From: Clostridia bacterium 41_269
GTDB lineage: Bacteria; Bacillota; DTU086
Direction of reading: 5' to 3'
Length of the DNA stretch: 64,000 nt
Assembly (NCBI GenBank): GCA_001508005.1
Contig: LGEZ01000009.1
Span: 2,493-66,492 of the forward strand
Shown here: positions 1 through 10,539 of the stretch, one piece after another
Numbering within the stretch: the stretch's first letter is position 1
Layout: every line of letters starts with the position of its first letter
Program-made: the position numbers and the translations under genes
Notes under the pieces: model-generated
Database searches by the model: none
What the model saw: the letters and a program-made list of their open reading frames with translations, nothing else
Told to the model about the DNA's origin: nothing

Positions 1-196
1 TGGAGATACGGGTTCCAATTCTTTAGGAGCTGTGCTGGGAATTATGTCTGTTCTTCTGCTGCCTTTTGCAATGAGGTTTTTTGCTTTGTTGCTTCTCATT
101 CTCCTTCACATATACACGGAAAAATACTCGTTGACTGAAACCATAGAAAAAGTAAAGCTGCTTAGATATATCGACGAATGGGGGCGGACTTCTTGA
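1..196 (+). CDS. 3' end of MraY/glycosyltransferase family 4-like membrane protein (partial)
   Basis: Frame from base 2 reads GDTGSNSLGAVLG...HIYTEKYSLTETIEKVKLLRYIDEWGRTS*, stop TGA 194-196; GDxGS motif and hydrophobic segments. Confidence 0.6.
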   Translation, partial: GDTGSNSLGAVLGIMSVLLLPFAMRFFALLLLILLHIYTEKYSLTETIEKVKLLRYIDEWGRTS

Positions 197-1380
197 TACA
201 TAAAAAAATTGGTAAGGTAAAAGCAGTAATTTCTAGGAGATGCGGCCTTACAGAAATTTCAGTTGATATAGCGGGGAAAATTTACCCCGCTATAAATTTT
301 GATAACCTTACGGGCAGGGTTCAGGAAGGGGACACTGTACTGTTAAATACCACCGCTGTAGATTTAAATTTAGGCAGCGGTGGTTACCATTTCGTTATGG
401 CCAATTTATCAGAACCTGCAGAAAAAGAAGAAAAGATTAATGGTCTTGGTCACATAATGAAACTTAGATACACCCCTTTTCAAATGAGAGTTCTTGCTGC
501 TGAGGAACAGGATAGTCCCTATCATGAGCTTTTAAAAGAAGAAGAATCCCTTTGCAGTACGCCTGTGGTTTGCTGTACTTTACATAGTATGCTTCCGCCG
601 GCAGCAGCTTCCATAAAGGCTCTATCACCAAATTTAAGAGTTGTGTACGTTATGACCGACGGAGCAGCTCTTCCTATTCAACTGAGCAGACTGGTACAAA
701 TTTTAAAAGAGAAGAATTTAATCCAGGCCACTGTAACAACCGGCCATTCCTTTGGAGGAGATCTTGAGGCAGTAAATATATATTCTGGACTTTTAGCAGC
801 TAAAAAAGTGTTTAATGCGGATATTATAATTGTGTCCATGGGCCCTGGTATCGTAGGAACTGGAACAACCTATGGCTTTACAGGGATAGAGCAGGCTGAT
901 ATTATCAATGCAGTTAAGGTACTTGAGGGCATTCCAATAGGTGTACCCCGCATCAGCTTCGCCGATAGGAGGGAACGTCATTATGGTCTAAGTCATCACA
1001 GCAGAACTGCTTTAGGGAAAGCTTCCCTTTCCAGGGCGGTTGTAGCCCTACCAATAATGGATGAGGAAAAGGTTGAAAAAATCATTAATCAGATGAAGGA
1101 AAGCAGAATTACAGAAAAGCACATTATTGTTCTGGAAGATGGCAATCAAGGGTTAGAATTTCTTAGTGAGAATAACATTAAAGTTACTACTATGGGAAGG
1201 AGTATTTTAGAGGACAGAGAATTTTTCTTGGCACCATCTGCAGCAGGCAGTACTGCAGTTAAAATTTTAATGGGTGAAAAATTAAACTTATTAGATATAA
1301 ACTTTTTAGATAAATGGGGGAAGGAAGATATATGGAAGAAAAAAGAATTGACTCCAGAACAATTTATAAAGGGAGAATAG
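193..1380 (+). CDS. DUF3866 family protein
   Basis: LNTTAVDLNLGSGGYHFV, GHIMKLRYTP, GHSFGGDLEAVN, GLSHHS motifs; TTG 193 overlaps upstream stop. Confidence 0.8.
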   Translation: MIHKKIGKVKAVISRRCGLTEISVDIAGKIYPAINFDNLTGRVQEGDTVLLNTTAVDLNLGSGGYHFVMANLSEPAEKEEKINGLGHIMKLRYTPFQMRVLAAEEQDSPYHELLKEEESLCSTPVVCCTLHSMLPPAAASIKALSPNLRVVYVMTDGAALPIQLSRLVQILKEKNLIQATVTTGHSFGGDLEAVNIYSGLLAAKKVFNADIIIVSMGPGIVGTGTTYGFTGIEQADIINAVKVLEGIPIGVPRISFADRRERHYGLSHHSRTALGKASLSRAVVALPIMDEEKVEKIINQMKESRITEKHIIVLEDGNQGLEFLSENNIKVTTMGRSILEDREFFLAPSAAGSTAVKILMGEKLNLLDINFLDKWGKEDIWKKKELTPEQFIKGE

Positions 1381-1865
1381 TAAATCTTCGGGTTGATACA
1401 GTTTTACTTCCCAATGGGAAAAATGCCCAGAGAGAAATTGTTGAACATCCTGGCGCAGTAGTAATAATACCAGTGCTGGATGATGAGAAAATTGTCATGG
1501 TTAAGCAGTACAGGGCAGCTGTGGGGAAAGTTCTTCTTGAGCTGCCTGCAGGTACCATTGAAAAAAGGGAAGATCCCTATGAATGTGCTGTGAGGGAGCT
1601 TGAAGAAGAAACGGGTTTTACTGCGGAAAAATTGAAGCCACTGCTAACTTTTTACCCTTCTCCGGGCATCTGCAGTGAAATAATGTACCTTTTTATGGCT
1701 GATAAACTCAAAAAATCTAAAAGTTCACCCGATCCCGATGAATTTTTACGGTCTGTTGAATTGGAAATTAGTGAAATAATTAATATGATAAATGCTGGCC
1801 GTATAGAAGACGGAAAGACACTTGTGGGAATACTTCTGTATCTGTACAAGCAAAGGAGTGGATAA
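1332..1865 (+). CDS. nudF: ADP-ribose pyrophosphatase (Nudix hydrolase)
   Basis: Nudix box GTIEKREDPYECAVRELEEETGF; REIVEHPGAV; ATG 1332 after GGGAAGGA. Confidence 0.88.
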   Translation: MEEKRIDSRTIYKGRIVNLRVDTVLLPNGKNAQREIVEHPGAVVIIPVLDDEKIVMVKQYRAAVGKVLLELPAGTIEKREDPYECAVRELEEETGFTAEKLKPLLTFYPSPGICSEIMYLFMADKLKKSKSSPDPDEFLRSVELEISEIINMINAGRIEDGKTLVGILLYLYKQRSG

Positions 1866-1870
1866 TTTTT

Positions 1871-2545
1871 ATGTTTTATCCCTCTGTTATTATGACTTCC
1901 AATGCCAGTGGCGCATATAATGCAGCAAAGGAAGGCTTTATTGTTGCTGTGGTGGATGTAATTGATATGTCAACTTCAGCTGAGGCTGTACTGGAGATGG
2001 GAGCCGTTGAGATATATGGAGCTTCACCTGCTGGATTTAAGGTTCCTGTGCCCATTAATCCTGAAGGCGTGGGTTTTGCAGCAGGTAAGACTGCCCTTGA
2101 AAAGGAAACGGGAATTATTATTATTTCTGAGCCTAGGGTTGGAACAGATGAAGAAAGAAAAAGAAGATGCGAACCAGTTATTCAAGGAATAAAAAAAGCA
2201 GGAGCTGAAATTTTAGGAATTGTTCCCAATTTAGGAGCTGAAATTACGAAACTGGCGGATTTTAAAGGAATGGTAGTGGTTGCTGTTACCGATAGTGGAG
2301 GGACTGCTTTTGATGCTGCATTTAATGCTGGAGCACGAGTGTTAACGGCAACTGTGGCAAGGGTTCCTGGGAAAAAAGGGAAGGAAACTGCTGCTGCTGG
2401 GGTTAAGAGAATATGTGAAGAGGCCAAAAGACATAGAAAAAATATTGCGGTTGTTGCTGCAAGCAGTAATGCCCTTGAAGACTTATTAGCAGCTCAATAT
2501 ATTTATAATCTCATTTTAGAAGAAGGTTTTTTAAGCAGTGTATAA
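1871..2545 (+). CDS. conserved hypothetical protein
   Basis: 224-aa ORF, operonic with nudF; VVDVIDMSTS motif; function not recognised. Confidence 0.7.
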   Translation: MFYPSVIMTSNASGAYNAAKEGFIVAVVDVIDMSTSAEAVLEMGAVEIYGASPAGFKVPVPINPEGVGFAAGKTALEKETGIIIISEPRVGTDEERKRRCEPVIQGIKKAGAEILGIVPNLGAEITKLADFKGMVVVAVTDSGGTAFDAAFNAGARVLTATVARVPGKKGKETAAAGVKRICEEAKRHRKNIAVVAASSNALEDLLAAQYIYNLILEEGFLSSV

Positions 2546-2643
2546 CTTTTTTGACAGGTTTAACAGGTTTATGCGGTCCGGTTTTGTCTTTAAGCTTTGC
2601 TTAGAGATGTCCAGTGCGAGTTCAGGAGTAAGAAAACTGCGGC

Positions 2644-2666
2644 AGAGACCCTTTGTCAACAAGCTG
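2644..2666. repeat. 23-bp IS-end-like dispersed repeat
   Basis: AGAGACCCTTTGTCAACAAGCTG matches reverse complement of 11897-11919 at 21/23. Confidence 0.65.
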
Positions 2667-2667
2667 G

Positions 2668-2691
2668 GCAGGTTTTAGACCTGCTTTTTTT
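2668..2691 (+). terminator. intrinsic terminator
   Basis: GCAGGT-tttag-ACCTGC followed by T-tract. Confidence 0.7.
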
Positions 2692-2703
2692 AATTAATTT
2701 TGT

Positions 2704-2732
2704 TCTATATTAGCCCTGTAAAAACATAGAAT
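2704..2732 (+). promoter_or_regulatory. sigmaE-like promoter of spoIIM
   Basis: TCTATATT-N13-CATAGAAT; spoIIM is sigmaE-controlled in B. subtilis. Confidence 0.55.
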
Positions 2733-2770
2733 TAGGTAAGGCAGTCCCACTGGGGAAAGGAGAAAACCAT

Positions 2771-3406
2771 TTGATAGAAAATTTTAAAAACCATTTACTC
2801 AGGCATATTCAAGGAAATAAATATTTATATATTTTAATAGTTTTCTTTTTTATTCTTGGAGTAGCAGCAGGTTCCTACGTGGTTGAACTGCTTAATTCTC
2901 AGCAGGTTAGTGAGCTGATCAATTATCTGGACAAGTTTTTTTCGGGCTTTGCCCAGTGGAATGTTGATCCCTCGCTTATTGTTCAGCGTACCATTATAAA
3001 TAATCTAAAAATAATTTTGTTTTTTTGGTGTTTGGGTCTTACAGTAATAGGCGTTCCTTTGATACTTCTTATAATTTCATTTCGTGGTTTTGTTATGGGT
3101 TTTACTATTGGTTTTTTGTACAACCAGAAATCAATATATGGATTGATAATTGCACTTTTAGCAATTGTTCCTCCAAGCATAATATATCTGCCTGCAACAA
3201 TTATAGGTGCTGCCGTCGCTATTACATTTTCTTATTGGCTCATAAGAGGTCGAAGCAGAGGGATGAACGGTTCAATATTACAGCAGTTTATTGCATATAA
3301 TTTCATAATGCTGGTTATTTCAATTTTTGCAGCTTTAGCGGGAATAATAGAAGCTTATTTATCTCCTACCTTTATTAAAATTTTTTCCAACTTTGTTTCT
3401 TTATAG
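2771..3406 (+). CDS. spoIIM: stage II sporulation protein M
   Basis: Multi-TM protein, WCLGLTVIGVPLIL...RGFVMGFTIG, IEAYLSP; position before xerD. Confidence 0.9.
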   Translation: MIENFKNHLLRHIQGNKYLYILIVFFFILGVAAGSYVVELLNSQQVSELINYLDKFFSGFAQWNVDPSLIVQRTIINNLKIILFFWCLGLTVIGVPLILLIISFRGFVMGFTIGFLYNQKSIYGLIIALLAIVPPSIIYLPATIIGAAVAITFSYWLIRGRSRGMNGSILQQFIAYNFIMLVISIFAALAGIIEAYLSPTFIKIFSNFVSL

Positions 3407-3479
3407 TGGCTCAATAAAGTCTAAATTTATTATGCTGGACATAAAATTTTTTAAAAAGAAATGTGTCGGGGTGATTATT

Positions 3480-3743
3480 GTGATTATTGTAACTCTGAAA
3501 AATTGGCGTAAAAAATTGAAAATTTTGATTATAGTTCTTGCTCTTATTATCATTGTTGTACTTGCTGGTTCTTATTTTTTTCAATTGAATGAAAAAGCAG
3601 TTACAACCATTGAATTGGATTCTAAAGATAGGAGCCCCAATGGATCATTAAAAATTAATACTGAGATTAAAGAAGAGATAGAATATGAAGATGTTTGGTG
3701 GGATAAATTTGTCAAAACCATTAAAACTCTTTATCAAGAATAA
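3480..3743 (+). CDS. small membrane-anchored hypothetical protein
   Basis: GTG 3480 after GGGGTGA; one N-terminal TM segment. Confidence 0.6.
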   Translation: MIIVTLKNWRKKLKILIIVLALIIIVVLAGSYFFQLNEKAVTTIELDSKDRSPNGSLKINTEIKEEIEYEDVWWDKFVKTIKTLYQE

Positions 3744-3828
3744 TATAGTTTATTTTTTTTATAAAGGAATAAATTTTAAATTGTTGAAATATTAAGCATC
3801 ATTATTTATAAACAAAAATTGGTGATCT

Positions 3829-4716
3829 TTGGTGAAACAAGAAATAGAATGGTTTATACATTATCTTTCTGTGGAAAAAGGTCTGTCTGAGAATACTCAA
3901 AACTCATACCGGCTTGATTTATTATCCTTTGCTTCCTTCCTTGCCCAGGAGAATAAATATTCATTTGCAGAAGTTGATAAATCCGACATTCTTCACTATA
4001 TAGTTTATCTTCAGCAAAAGGGGAGAGCCCCTGCTACCATAGCACGTCAGCTGGCTGCCATTAAGGCTTTCTATCGTTTTAGATTAATGGAGGGGTTACA
4101 GGAGAGGGAACCTACCCAGGATCTCGAATCTCCCAAATTAGGCAGACGCCTTCCCAAAATATTAACCCAACGGGAAATGGAAAAACTTCTTGAACAGCCT
4201 GATATTACAAAACCTGCAGGCCTTCGAGATAGGGCTATTTTAGAAGTCTTATATGCCACTGGCCTTAGGGTTTCGGAATTGGTTTCTTTAAATGTAGGGG
4301 ATGTAGATTGTAATACAGGCTACATTAGATGCACGGGAAAAGGAGATAAAGAAAGAATTGTGCCAATAGGCTCAATTGCTGTTTTCTATTTGAAAAATTA
4401 TTTAAACGAAGGAAGAACAAAGTTAATAAAGAGATCTGTGGAAGCCCTTTTTCTGAACAGCAGAGGCCAAAGATTAACAAGACAGGGATGTTGGAAAATA
4501 ATAAAGAAATATGTTCGTCAGGCAGGGATAAAAAAAGTTGTTACTCCTCATACAATAAGGCATACTTTTGCAACTCACATGCTGCAGAACGGTGCTGATT
4601 TAAGGTCTGTACAGGAAATACTGGGTCATTCCGACATCTCTACGACTCAGATTTATACTCACCTAACAACAAAACGCATAAGGGAAATTTATGATCGAAC
4701 TCATCCCAGGGCATAG
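3829..4716 (+). CDS. xerD: site-specific tyrosine recombinase XerD
   Basis: LYATGLRVSEL, HTIRHTFATH, LGHSDISTTQIYTH, THPRA end; conserved spoIIM-xerD-deoB synteny. Confidence 0.95.
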   Translation: MVKQEIEWFIHYLSVEKGLSENTQNSYRLDLLSFASFLAQENKYSFAEVDKSDILHYIVYLQQKGRAPATIARQLAAIKAFYRFRLMEGLQEREPTQDLESPKLGRRLPKILTQREMEKLLEQPDITKPAGLRDRAILEVLYATGLRVSELVSLNVGDVDCNTGYIRCTGKGDKERIVPIGSIAVFYLKNYLNEGRTKLIKRSVEALFLNSRGQRLTRQGCWKIIKKYVRQAGIKKVVTPHTIRHTFATHMLQNGADLRSVQEILGHSDISTTQIYTHLTTKRIREIYDRTHPRA

Positions 4717-4749
4717 TACAATTAAAGAAAAATAAAAAATTCGGAGGAA

Positions 4750-5946
4750 ATGCAAATGGATGCAGAACGAGTAGTGATAATTCTTTTGGATGGAGTAGGG
4801 GTTGGGGCTCTACCTGATGCTGAAAAGTATGGTGATGAAGGAAGCAATACTTTAGTAAATACAGCAAAAGCTGTAGGAGGACTGAAACTTCCAAACCTTG
4901 AAAAATTGGGGTTGGGAAATATTGAAAAAATAAAAGGGGTAACGCCTTTAAGCAGCCCTGGAGCGTCTTATGGAAAAATGGCACAGAAATCAGCAGGTAA
5001 GGATACCATTACAGGACACTGGGAGATAGCTGGGATTATCCTGGACAAGCCTTTTCCCACTTACCCCAATGGTTTTCCAAAAGAAATAATAGAAAAATTT
5101 GAGAAACTGATTGGAAGAAAGGTTTTAGGTAATGTGGCTGCTTCGGGCACCAGGATAATAGAAGAGTATGGAAGGGAGCATTTAAGAACAGGTTTTCCTA
5201 TTGTGTATACTTCTGCTGACAGTGTTTTTCAAATAGCAGCCCATGAAGATGTTATCCCTTTAAATGAACTCTATGATATATGCTTGACAGCTAGAAAATT
5301 GTTAGTAGGAAAGCACGCAGTGGGAAGGGTAATTGCAAGACCTTTTGTGGGTAAACCAGGAAATTTTATAAGAACGTCCAACAGGAAAGATTTTACTTTA
5401 GAGCCTCCAAAGGAAAATCTTCTGGACTGCATATTTAAAGCGGGGATGGATGTTATCGGTATAGGTAAAATAGGTGATATTTTTGCAGGGCGCAGTCTTA
5501 AAAAAATCGTAAAAACTAAAGATAATATTGAAGGTATAGAAAGAACAAAAGATTTTTTAATAGACGGCTGTAAAAGAGGGCTTATTTTCACAAATTTGGT
5601 GGATTTTGATACCCGCTATGGGCACAGAAATGACCCCAGGGGGTTTGCTGATGCTTTGGAAGAGTTCGACAAAAGGCTTCCTGAGATTATCTTTTATTTA
5701 AAGGATAAAGATGTCCTGATTATTACTTCTGATCACGGATGTGACCCCACGACACCCAGTACTGACCATTCCAGGGAATATGCACTTCTTTTAGTTTATG
5801 GAAAAAACATTAAGGCAGTAAATTTAGGAATAAGAAATACCTTTGCAGATTTGGGAGCTTCTGTAGCGGATATGTTGGGTACATCGTTGCCTCCATATGG
5901 TGAAAGCTTTGCTGACGTGTTAATGCATCATAATGATGGGAAATAA
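4750..5946 (+). CDS. deoB: phosphopentomutase
   Basis: [36 protein letters not shown]. Confidence 0.95.
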   Translation: MQMDAERVVIILLDGVGVGALPDAEKYGDEGSNTLVNTAKAVGGLKLPNLEKLGLGNIEKIKGVTPLSSPGASYGKMAQKSAGKDTITGHWEIAGIILDKPFPTYPNGFPKEIIEKFEKLIGRKVLGNVAASGTRIIEEYGREHLRTGFPIVYTSADSVFQIAAHEDVIPLNELYDICLTARKLLVGKHAVGRVIARPFVGKPGNFIRTSNRKDFTLEPPKENLLDCIFKAGMDVIGIGKIGDIFAGRSLKKIVKTKDNIEGIERTKDFLIDGCKRGLIFTNLVDFDTRYGHRNDPRGFADALEEFDKRLPEIIFYLKDKDVLIITSDHGCDPTTPSTDHSREYALLLVYGKNIKAVNLGIRNTFADLGASVADMLGTSLPPYGESFADVLMHHNDGK

Positions 5947-5957
5947 GGTGATGAGTA

Positions 5958-7273
5958 ATGAGAGCATATGATTTAATTTTAAAAAAAAAAGAAACGGAAG
6001 CAGCCTTTCAGCAGATGAAATTAATTTTTTGATAAATGGATTTTTAAATGGTGAAATTCCAGATTACCAAATGGCAGCATTTTTGATGGCAGTATATTTC
6101 CGCGGCATGGATGTTGATGAAACAGCTGCTTTAACTAAGGCTCTGGTGAATTCTGGGGAAAAGGTTGATCTAACTGCTGTTCCGGGCGTGAAAATAGACA
6201 AGCACAGCACCGGAGGCGTTGGAGATAAAACAACTCTTGTACTGGTACCTTTAGTGGCCAGCGCGGGAGTTACTGTCGCTAAAATGTCCGGAAGGGCTTT
6301 AGGACACACTGGAGGCACAGCGGATAAGCTTGAAAGCATACCAGGTTTTAAAACAGAAATGCCTTTAAACGAGTTTGTGGAAATAGTTTCTAAGGTTGGA
6401 GCAGCTTTAATAGGGCAGTCAAAGGAGCTGGTTCCTGGGGATAAAAAACTTTATGCTTTAAGGGATGTTACTGCTACCGTGGACAGCATTCCTCTAATTG
6501 CAAGCAGTGTAATGTCAAAAAAAATTGCTGCGGGCTGTGATGCTGTTGTTCTTGATGTTAAAGTGGGCAGCGGAGCATTTATGAAAGATATTGAAGAAGC
6601 GCGGAAGTTGGCATCACTAATGGTAAATCTGGGTTCTTTTTTTGGCATGCCAACTACTGCAGTGCTTTCAAAGATGGATCAGCCCCTGGGCTTTGCCGTG
6701 GGAAATGCTCTGGAAGTAAAGGAAGCAATAAGCACCTTAAAAGGTGAAGGTCCGGAAGATCTTGTAGAACTATGTATAGAATTGGGTGCTCATATGCTCA
6801 GGCTCAGCGGTGATAAAAGGGATCTTTTAGATATTAAAATAGATCTAGAAAAAAATTTTTTAAAAACCGGTAGAGCATTGGATAAGTTCAGGGAAATAGT
6901 CTCTGCTCAGGGAGGAGACCCAACGGTTTTAGAAGATCTTGATAAGCTGCCGAAAGCGGAGCATATAAGCTGTGTTTATTCTGAAAAGGATGGTTATGTT
7001 GCTGAAATCGATGCGGAAAAAATAGGTACAGCTGCTATGATTTTGGGGGCTGGTAGGATTAAAAAAGAACAGCCAATAGATCATTCAGCCGGTCTGATAA
7101 TTAAGAAAAAATTAGGGGATAAGGTACAAGGGGGAGAAGTGCTGGTGGAGATGCATTCTAATAAGAAGGAAACTTTTTTAAGGGCAGGGGAATTGATAAA
7201 TACTGCTTTTAAGATTAAGGAGTTTAAACCTCATATGCCCTCAACTATAATAGAAACCGTAACTCAGCAATAA
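5958..7273 (+). CDS. pdp: pyrimidine-nucleoside phosphorylase (frameshift in A10 run 5981-5990, probably sequencing error)
   Basis: ATG 5958 gives MRAYDLILKK; remainder in other frame (DKHSTGGVGDK, KMSGRALGHTGGT). Confidence 0.9.
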
Positions 7274-7318
7274 GTGGTATAAAATCAAATAGAGGATTTG
7301 TACAGGTAAAGATTAGCT

Positions 7319-7348
7319 GTCATACATTTCCCCCTTAGGTAATAAAGT
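7319..7348 (+). promoter_or_regulatory. sporulation-sigma (sigmaE or sigmaF/G-like) promoter of dacF
   Basis: GTCATACA-N14-AATAAAGT; spacer is complementary to dacF RBS. Confidence 0.45.
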
Positions 7349-7385
7349 TAGTGTAAACATCGGGAAAAAATCTGGGGGGAAATTA

Positions 7386-8549
7386 ATGGGACAGCTTAAA
7401 AGAAAACTTCATATTTGGGCAGCAGCTGTTCTGGCATTTTTTTTATACAGCCTTTTAAGCCCGTTTCCCTCATATGCTGCGGCGGGTTTGGATTTAAAAT
7501 GCAAAGGAGCTGTTCTTGTTGAAGCTCAATCTGGAAAGGTGCTTTACGAAAAAAATTCACATTTAAAATGGTACCCTGCAAGCATGACAAAAATAATGAC
7601 ACTTGTATTGGCTCTAGAAGCAGTTAGGGATGGCAGGGCTTCCCTAAATGAAAAGGTGGTGGCTAGCGAAAATGCGTGCAGTTATGGGGGAACGCAAGTT
7701 TGGCTGAAGCCTGGCGAGGAATTTTCTTTAAAGGAAATGCTTATAGCCATTGCAGTGGGTTCTGCCAATGACTGTTGTGTAGCAGTTGCCGAGCATTTAG
7801 CAGGAACAGAAGAGGCTTTTGTGGATATGATGAACAAGAGAGCTGAGGAACTGGGAGCGAAAAATACTCATTTTGCTAATTCCCACGGACTGCATAATGA
7901 TAATCATTATACTACTCCCTATGATTTAGCACTTATTTCCCGATATGCAATAACCCTTCCCCATATGCTGGAGCTGACATCCATAAAGGAATACACTTTT
8001 AGGGAAAAGCCTAAGTTGGTATTATATAATACCAATAAACTTCTTTGGTGGTTTGAGGGCACGAAGGGATTGAAAACTGGAACAACAGACAAAGCTCTGC
8101 GTAACCTTACTGCAGTTGCTGAAAGGAACGATCTTACGTTAATAAGCGTGGTTATGGGCTGTGAGGAAGATCGTGGACATTTTACTGAAAGCATGAAGCT
8201 TTTAAGATATGGCTTTGCCCGTTATACCTATAAACATTTTTACAGCAAAGGAAAGCAAATTGCCCAAGCTAAGGTGGGCAAAGGGAATGTTGATAAGATA
8301 GGAGTGGTTCCTAAGGAAAATATAGGGGTTGCTGTTCCTAAAGGGGAAAATATTTCAATAAAAGTTCGCTGTGAGCTTCCAAAATTAGTGGATGCTCCGG
8401 TGAAAAAAGGGGAAGTGATTGGGAATGCAGTTGTTTTGGAGGGAGACAAAAAAGTTTTTAGTGTACCCCTTTGTGCAGCAGAGGAGATAAAAAGGGCTTC
8501 CTTCTTTAACATGTTTAAAAAAGTTTTCTTTAGTATATTTTCGATGTAA
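7386..8549 (+). CDS. dacF: D-alanyl-D-alanine carboxypeptidase DacF
   Basis: Signal peptide, ASMTK, SAN, KTG motifs; upstream of spoIIA. Confidence 0.85.
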   Translation: MGQLKRKLHIWAAAVLAFFLYSLLSPFPSYAAAGLDLKCKGAVLVEAQSGKVLYEKNSHLKWYPASMTKIMTLVLALEAVRDGRASLNEKVVASENACSYGGTQVWLKPGEEFSLKEMLIAIAVGSANDCCVAVAEHLAGTEEAFVDMMNKRAEELGAKNTHFANSHGLHNDNHYTTPYDLALISRYAITLPHMLELTSIKEYTFREKPKLVLYNTNKLLWWFEGTKGLKTGTTDKALRNLTAVAERNDLTLISVVMGCEEDRGHFTESMKLLRYGFARYTYKHFYSKGKQIAQAKVGKGNVDKIGVVPKENIGVAVPKGENISIKVRCELPKLVDAPVKKGEVIGNAVVLEGDKKVFSVPLCAAEEIKRASFFNMFKKVFFSIFSM

Positions 8550-8679
8550 TTTTTATTATTTGAGATTTTAATAAAGATGTTGCATTTTAAAAAAAAACTA
8601 TTATATTATTTGCTCGTAAAAAAATTAAATACAGCTTCTTAAAAAAGGTTTTTGAATTTTTAAGATGAGGTGAAACAAT

Positions 8680-10008
8680 GTGCCGCTAAGCAAACAGGAA
8701 GTCCTTAAAATTGCTGAAGAAGAAGGGGTTGAATTTGTCCATCTACAGTTTACAGATATTTTTGGAATATTGAAAAATGTGGCAATACCTGTAGAACAGT
8801 TGGGGAAAGCCCTTGATGGGGATCTTATGTTTGACGGTTCATCCATTGAAGGCTTTGTAAGAATTGAAGAATCAGATATGAGGTTATTTCCTGATCCTGA
8901 TACTTTTGCTGTCTTTCCATGGAAAATCAATGGTGGAACCGTTGCCAGACTTATTTGTGATGTTTACAACCCAGATGGAACCCCTTTTCACGGTTGCCCC
9001 AGGGTTACATTAAAAAGGGTTATTGAAGAAGCCAAAGAAATGGGATACAGCATGAATGTGGGCCCTGAAGCTGAATTTTTTCTATTTAAAACAGCAGAAG
9101 ATGGTACGCCTACCTTAAATACCAATGATCAGGCAGGATATTTTGATTTGTCGCCGGTAGATCGCGGGGAACAGGCTCGAAGGGATATGGTGCTTGCTTT
9201 AAAAAACATGGGATTTGAAATTGAGGCTTCTCACCATGAAGTTGCTCCAGGGCAGCATGAAATAGATTTTAAGTACGCTGATGCTTTAAAAACTGCCGAT
9301 AATATTGTTACTTTCAAGTTTGTTGTTAGAGTTATTGCTCAGCAGCATGGGCTTCATGCGACTTTTATGCCCAAACCCATATTAGGAATTAACGGCTCAG
9401 GAATGCATATGAATCAGTCTCTGTTCCGTGGAGAAGAAAATGCATTCTTTGATCCTAATGGGGAAAGACAGTTAAGTAAAACAGCCTATTATTATCTCGG
9501 AGGGCTTATAAAGCATGCTAAAGCAGTTTCTGCCATAGTAAGTCCTACGGTTAACTCATATAAAAGGCTAGTTCCTGGTTATGAAGCACCTGTTTACATA
9601 GCTTGGTCATGCAGAAACAGGAGCCCTTTAATCAGGGTTCCGGAGCGCAGAGGTATTGGAACCAGGCTTGAGCTTAGAAATCCTGATCCTTCCTGCAACC
9701 CCTATCTTGCCATCGCTGTAATGCTAAAAGCGGGCTTAGATGGTATAAAAAACAAAATTGAGCCTCCACCGCCTGTTGATACTAATATATATGAATTAAG
9801 TGAAGAAGTAAGAAAACAGCAGGGGATAGAAAGCCTTCCTGAAAATCTTAATGAAGCAATTAATGAGCTGAGTAAAGACGAGGTTATTAAGGAAGCATTG
9901 GGTGAACATATTTATAAACGTTTTATGGAGGCAAAAAAGATTGAATGGAATTCTTACAGAATGCAGGTTACTCCATGGGAACTTCAGCAGTATCTTACAA
10001 AATTTTAA
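8680..10008 (+). CDS. glnA: glutamine synthetase type I
   Basis: [28 protein letters not shown]...[18 protein letters not shown]. Confidence 0.97.
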   Translation: MPLSKQEVLKIAEEEGVEFVHLQFTDIFGILKNVAIPVEQLGKALDGDLMFDGSSIEGFVRIEESDMRLFPDPDTFAVFPWKINGGTVARLICDVYNPDGTPFHGCPRVTLKRVIEEAKEMGYSMNVGPEAEFFLFKTAEDGTPTLNTNDQAGYFDLSPVDRGEQARRDMVLALKNMGFEIEASHHEVAPGQHEIDFKYADALKTADNIVTFKFVVRVIAQQHGLHATFMPKPILGINGSGMHMNQSLFRGEENAFFDPNGERQLSKTAYYYLGGLIKHAKAVSAIVSPTVNSYKRLVPGYEAPVYIAWSCRNRSPLIRVPERRGIGTRLELRNPDPSCNPYLAIAVMLKAGLDGIKNKIEPPPPVDTNIYELSEEVRKQQGIESLPENLNEAINELSKDEVIKEALGEHIYKRFMEAKKIEWNSYRMQVTPWELQQYLTKF

Positions 10009-10022
10009 AATTTGATCATTGG

Positions 10023-10058
10023 AGCTCCGTATTGAACAAAATACGGAGCTTTTTTTTT
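10023..10058 (+). terminator. intrinsic terminator after glnA
   Basis: AGCTCCGTATT/AATACGGAGCT 11-bp stem plus T8. Confidence 0.9.
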
Positions 10059-10110
10059 AAGCTATTCTACAAAAGTTCTGTTAAAACGACATTGTTTTTA
10101 CCAGTATTTA

Positions 10111-10138
10111 GAAGGGTTTTAAATTTTTTCTGTAGAAT
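10111..10138 (+). promoter_or_regulatory. sigmaH-like promoter of spoIIA
   Basis: GAAGGGTTT-N12-GTAGAAT; near-consensus Spo0A boxes close by. Confidence 0.6.
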
Positions 10139-10184
10139 AACGCCTGGAGCTGGAAACTTTAAGGGAGTTGGAGGGTAAATATAA

Positions 10185-10523
10185 GTGAAAATACAAGTGG
10201 AGAAATTAAAAGATACTTTATTTCTAAGACTTAAGGGAGAATTTGACATGCTGACAGCTGATGAATTTCGCAGTGCAGTGGATGATCATTTTGATGGCAA
10301 AAGAGTTAAGAATTTAATTTTGGATATAAGTAAGGTATCATTTATAGATAGTTCAGGCCTGGGAGCTATTTTAGCCAGATACAAAAAGATAAAGCAGCTT
10401 AATGGGAACATGGTAATTGTTGGTGCAAAACCACAAGTTAAGAGGGTTTTAGAGCTATCTGGAGTTGTTAAAATAATAGAAGTTTATGATGATGAAAAGT
10501 CTGCATTGATGGGGCTGTTATAA
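10185..10523 (+). CDS. spoIIAA: anti-sigma F factor antagonist
   Basis: STAS domain, FIDSSGLG. Confidence 0.95.
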   Translation: MKIQVEKLKDTLFLRLKGEFDMLTADEFRSAVDDHFDGKRVKNLILDISKVSFIDSSGLGAILARYKKIKQLNGNMVIVGAKPQVKRVLELSGVVKIIEVYDDEKSALMGLL

Positions 10524-10539
10524 AAGGAGGAAATGCAGG

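Noticed and set aside
1332..1380. 49-bp overlap of DUF3866 with nudF as a functional feature
   Set aside because: Could result from one base lost in the T-run near 1303; no evidence of function
3829..4716. Tyrosine recombinase as a prophage or island integrase
   Set aside because: Housekeeping XerD in conserved spoIIM-xerD-deoB context; no att sites or cargo seen
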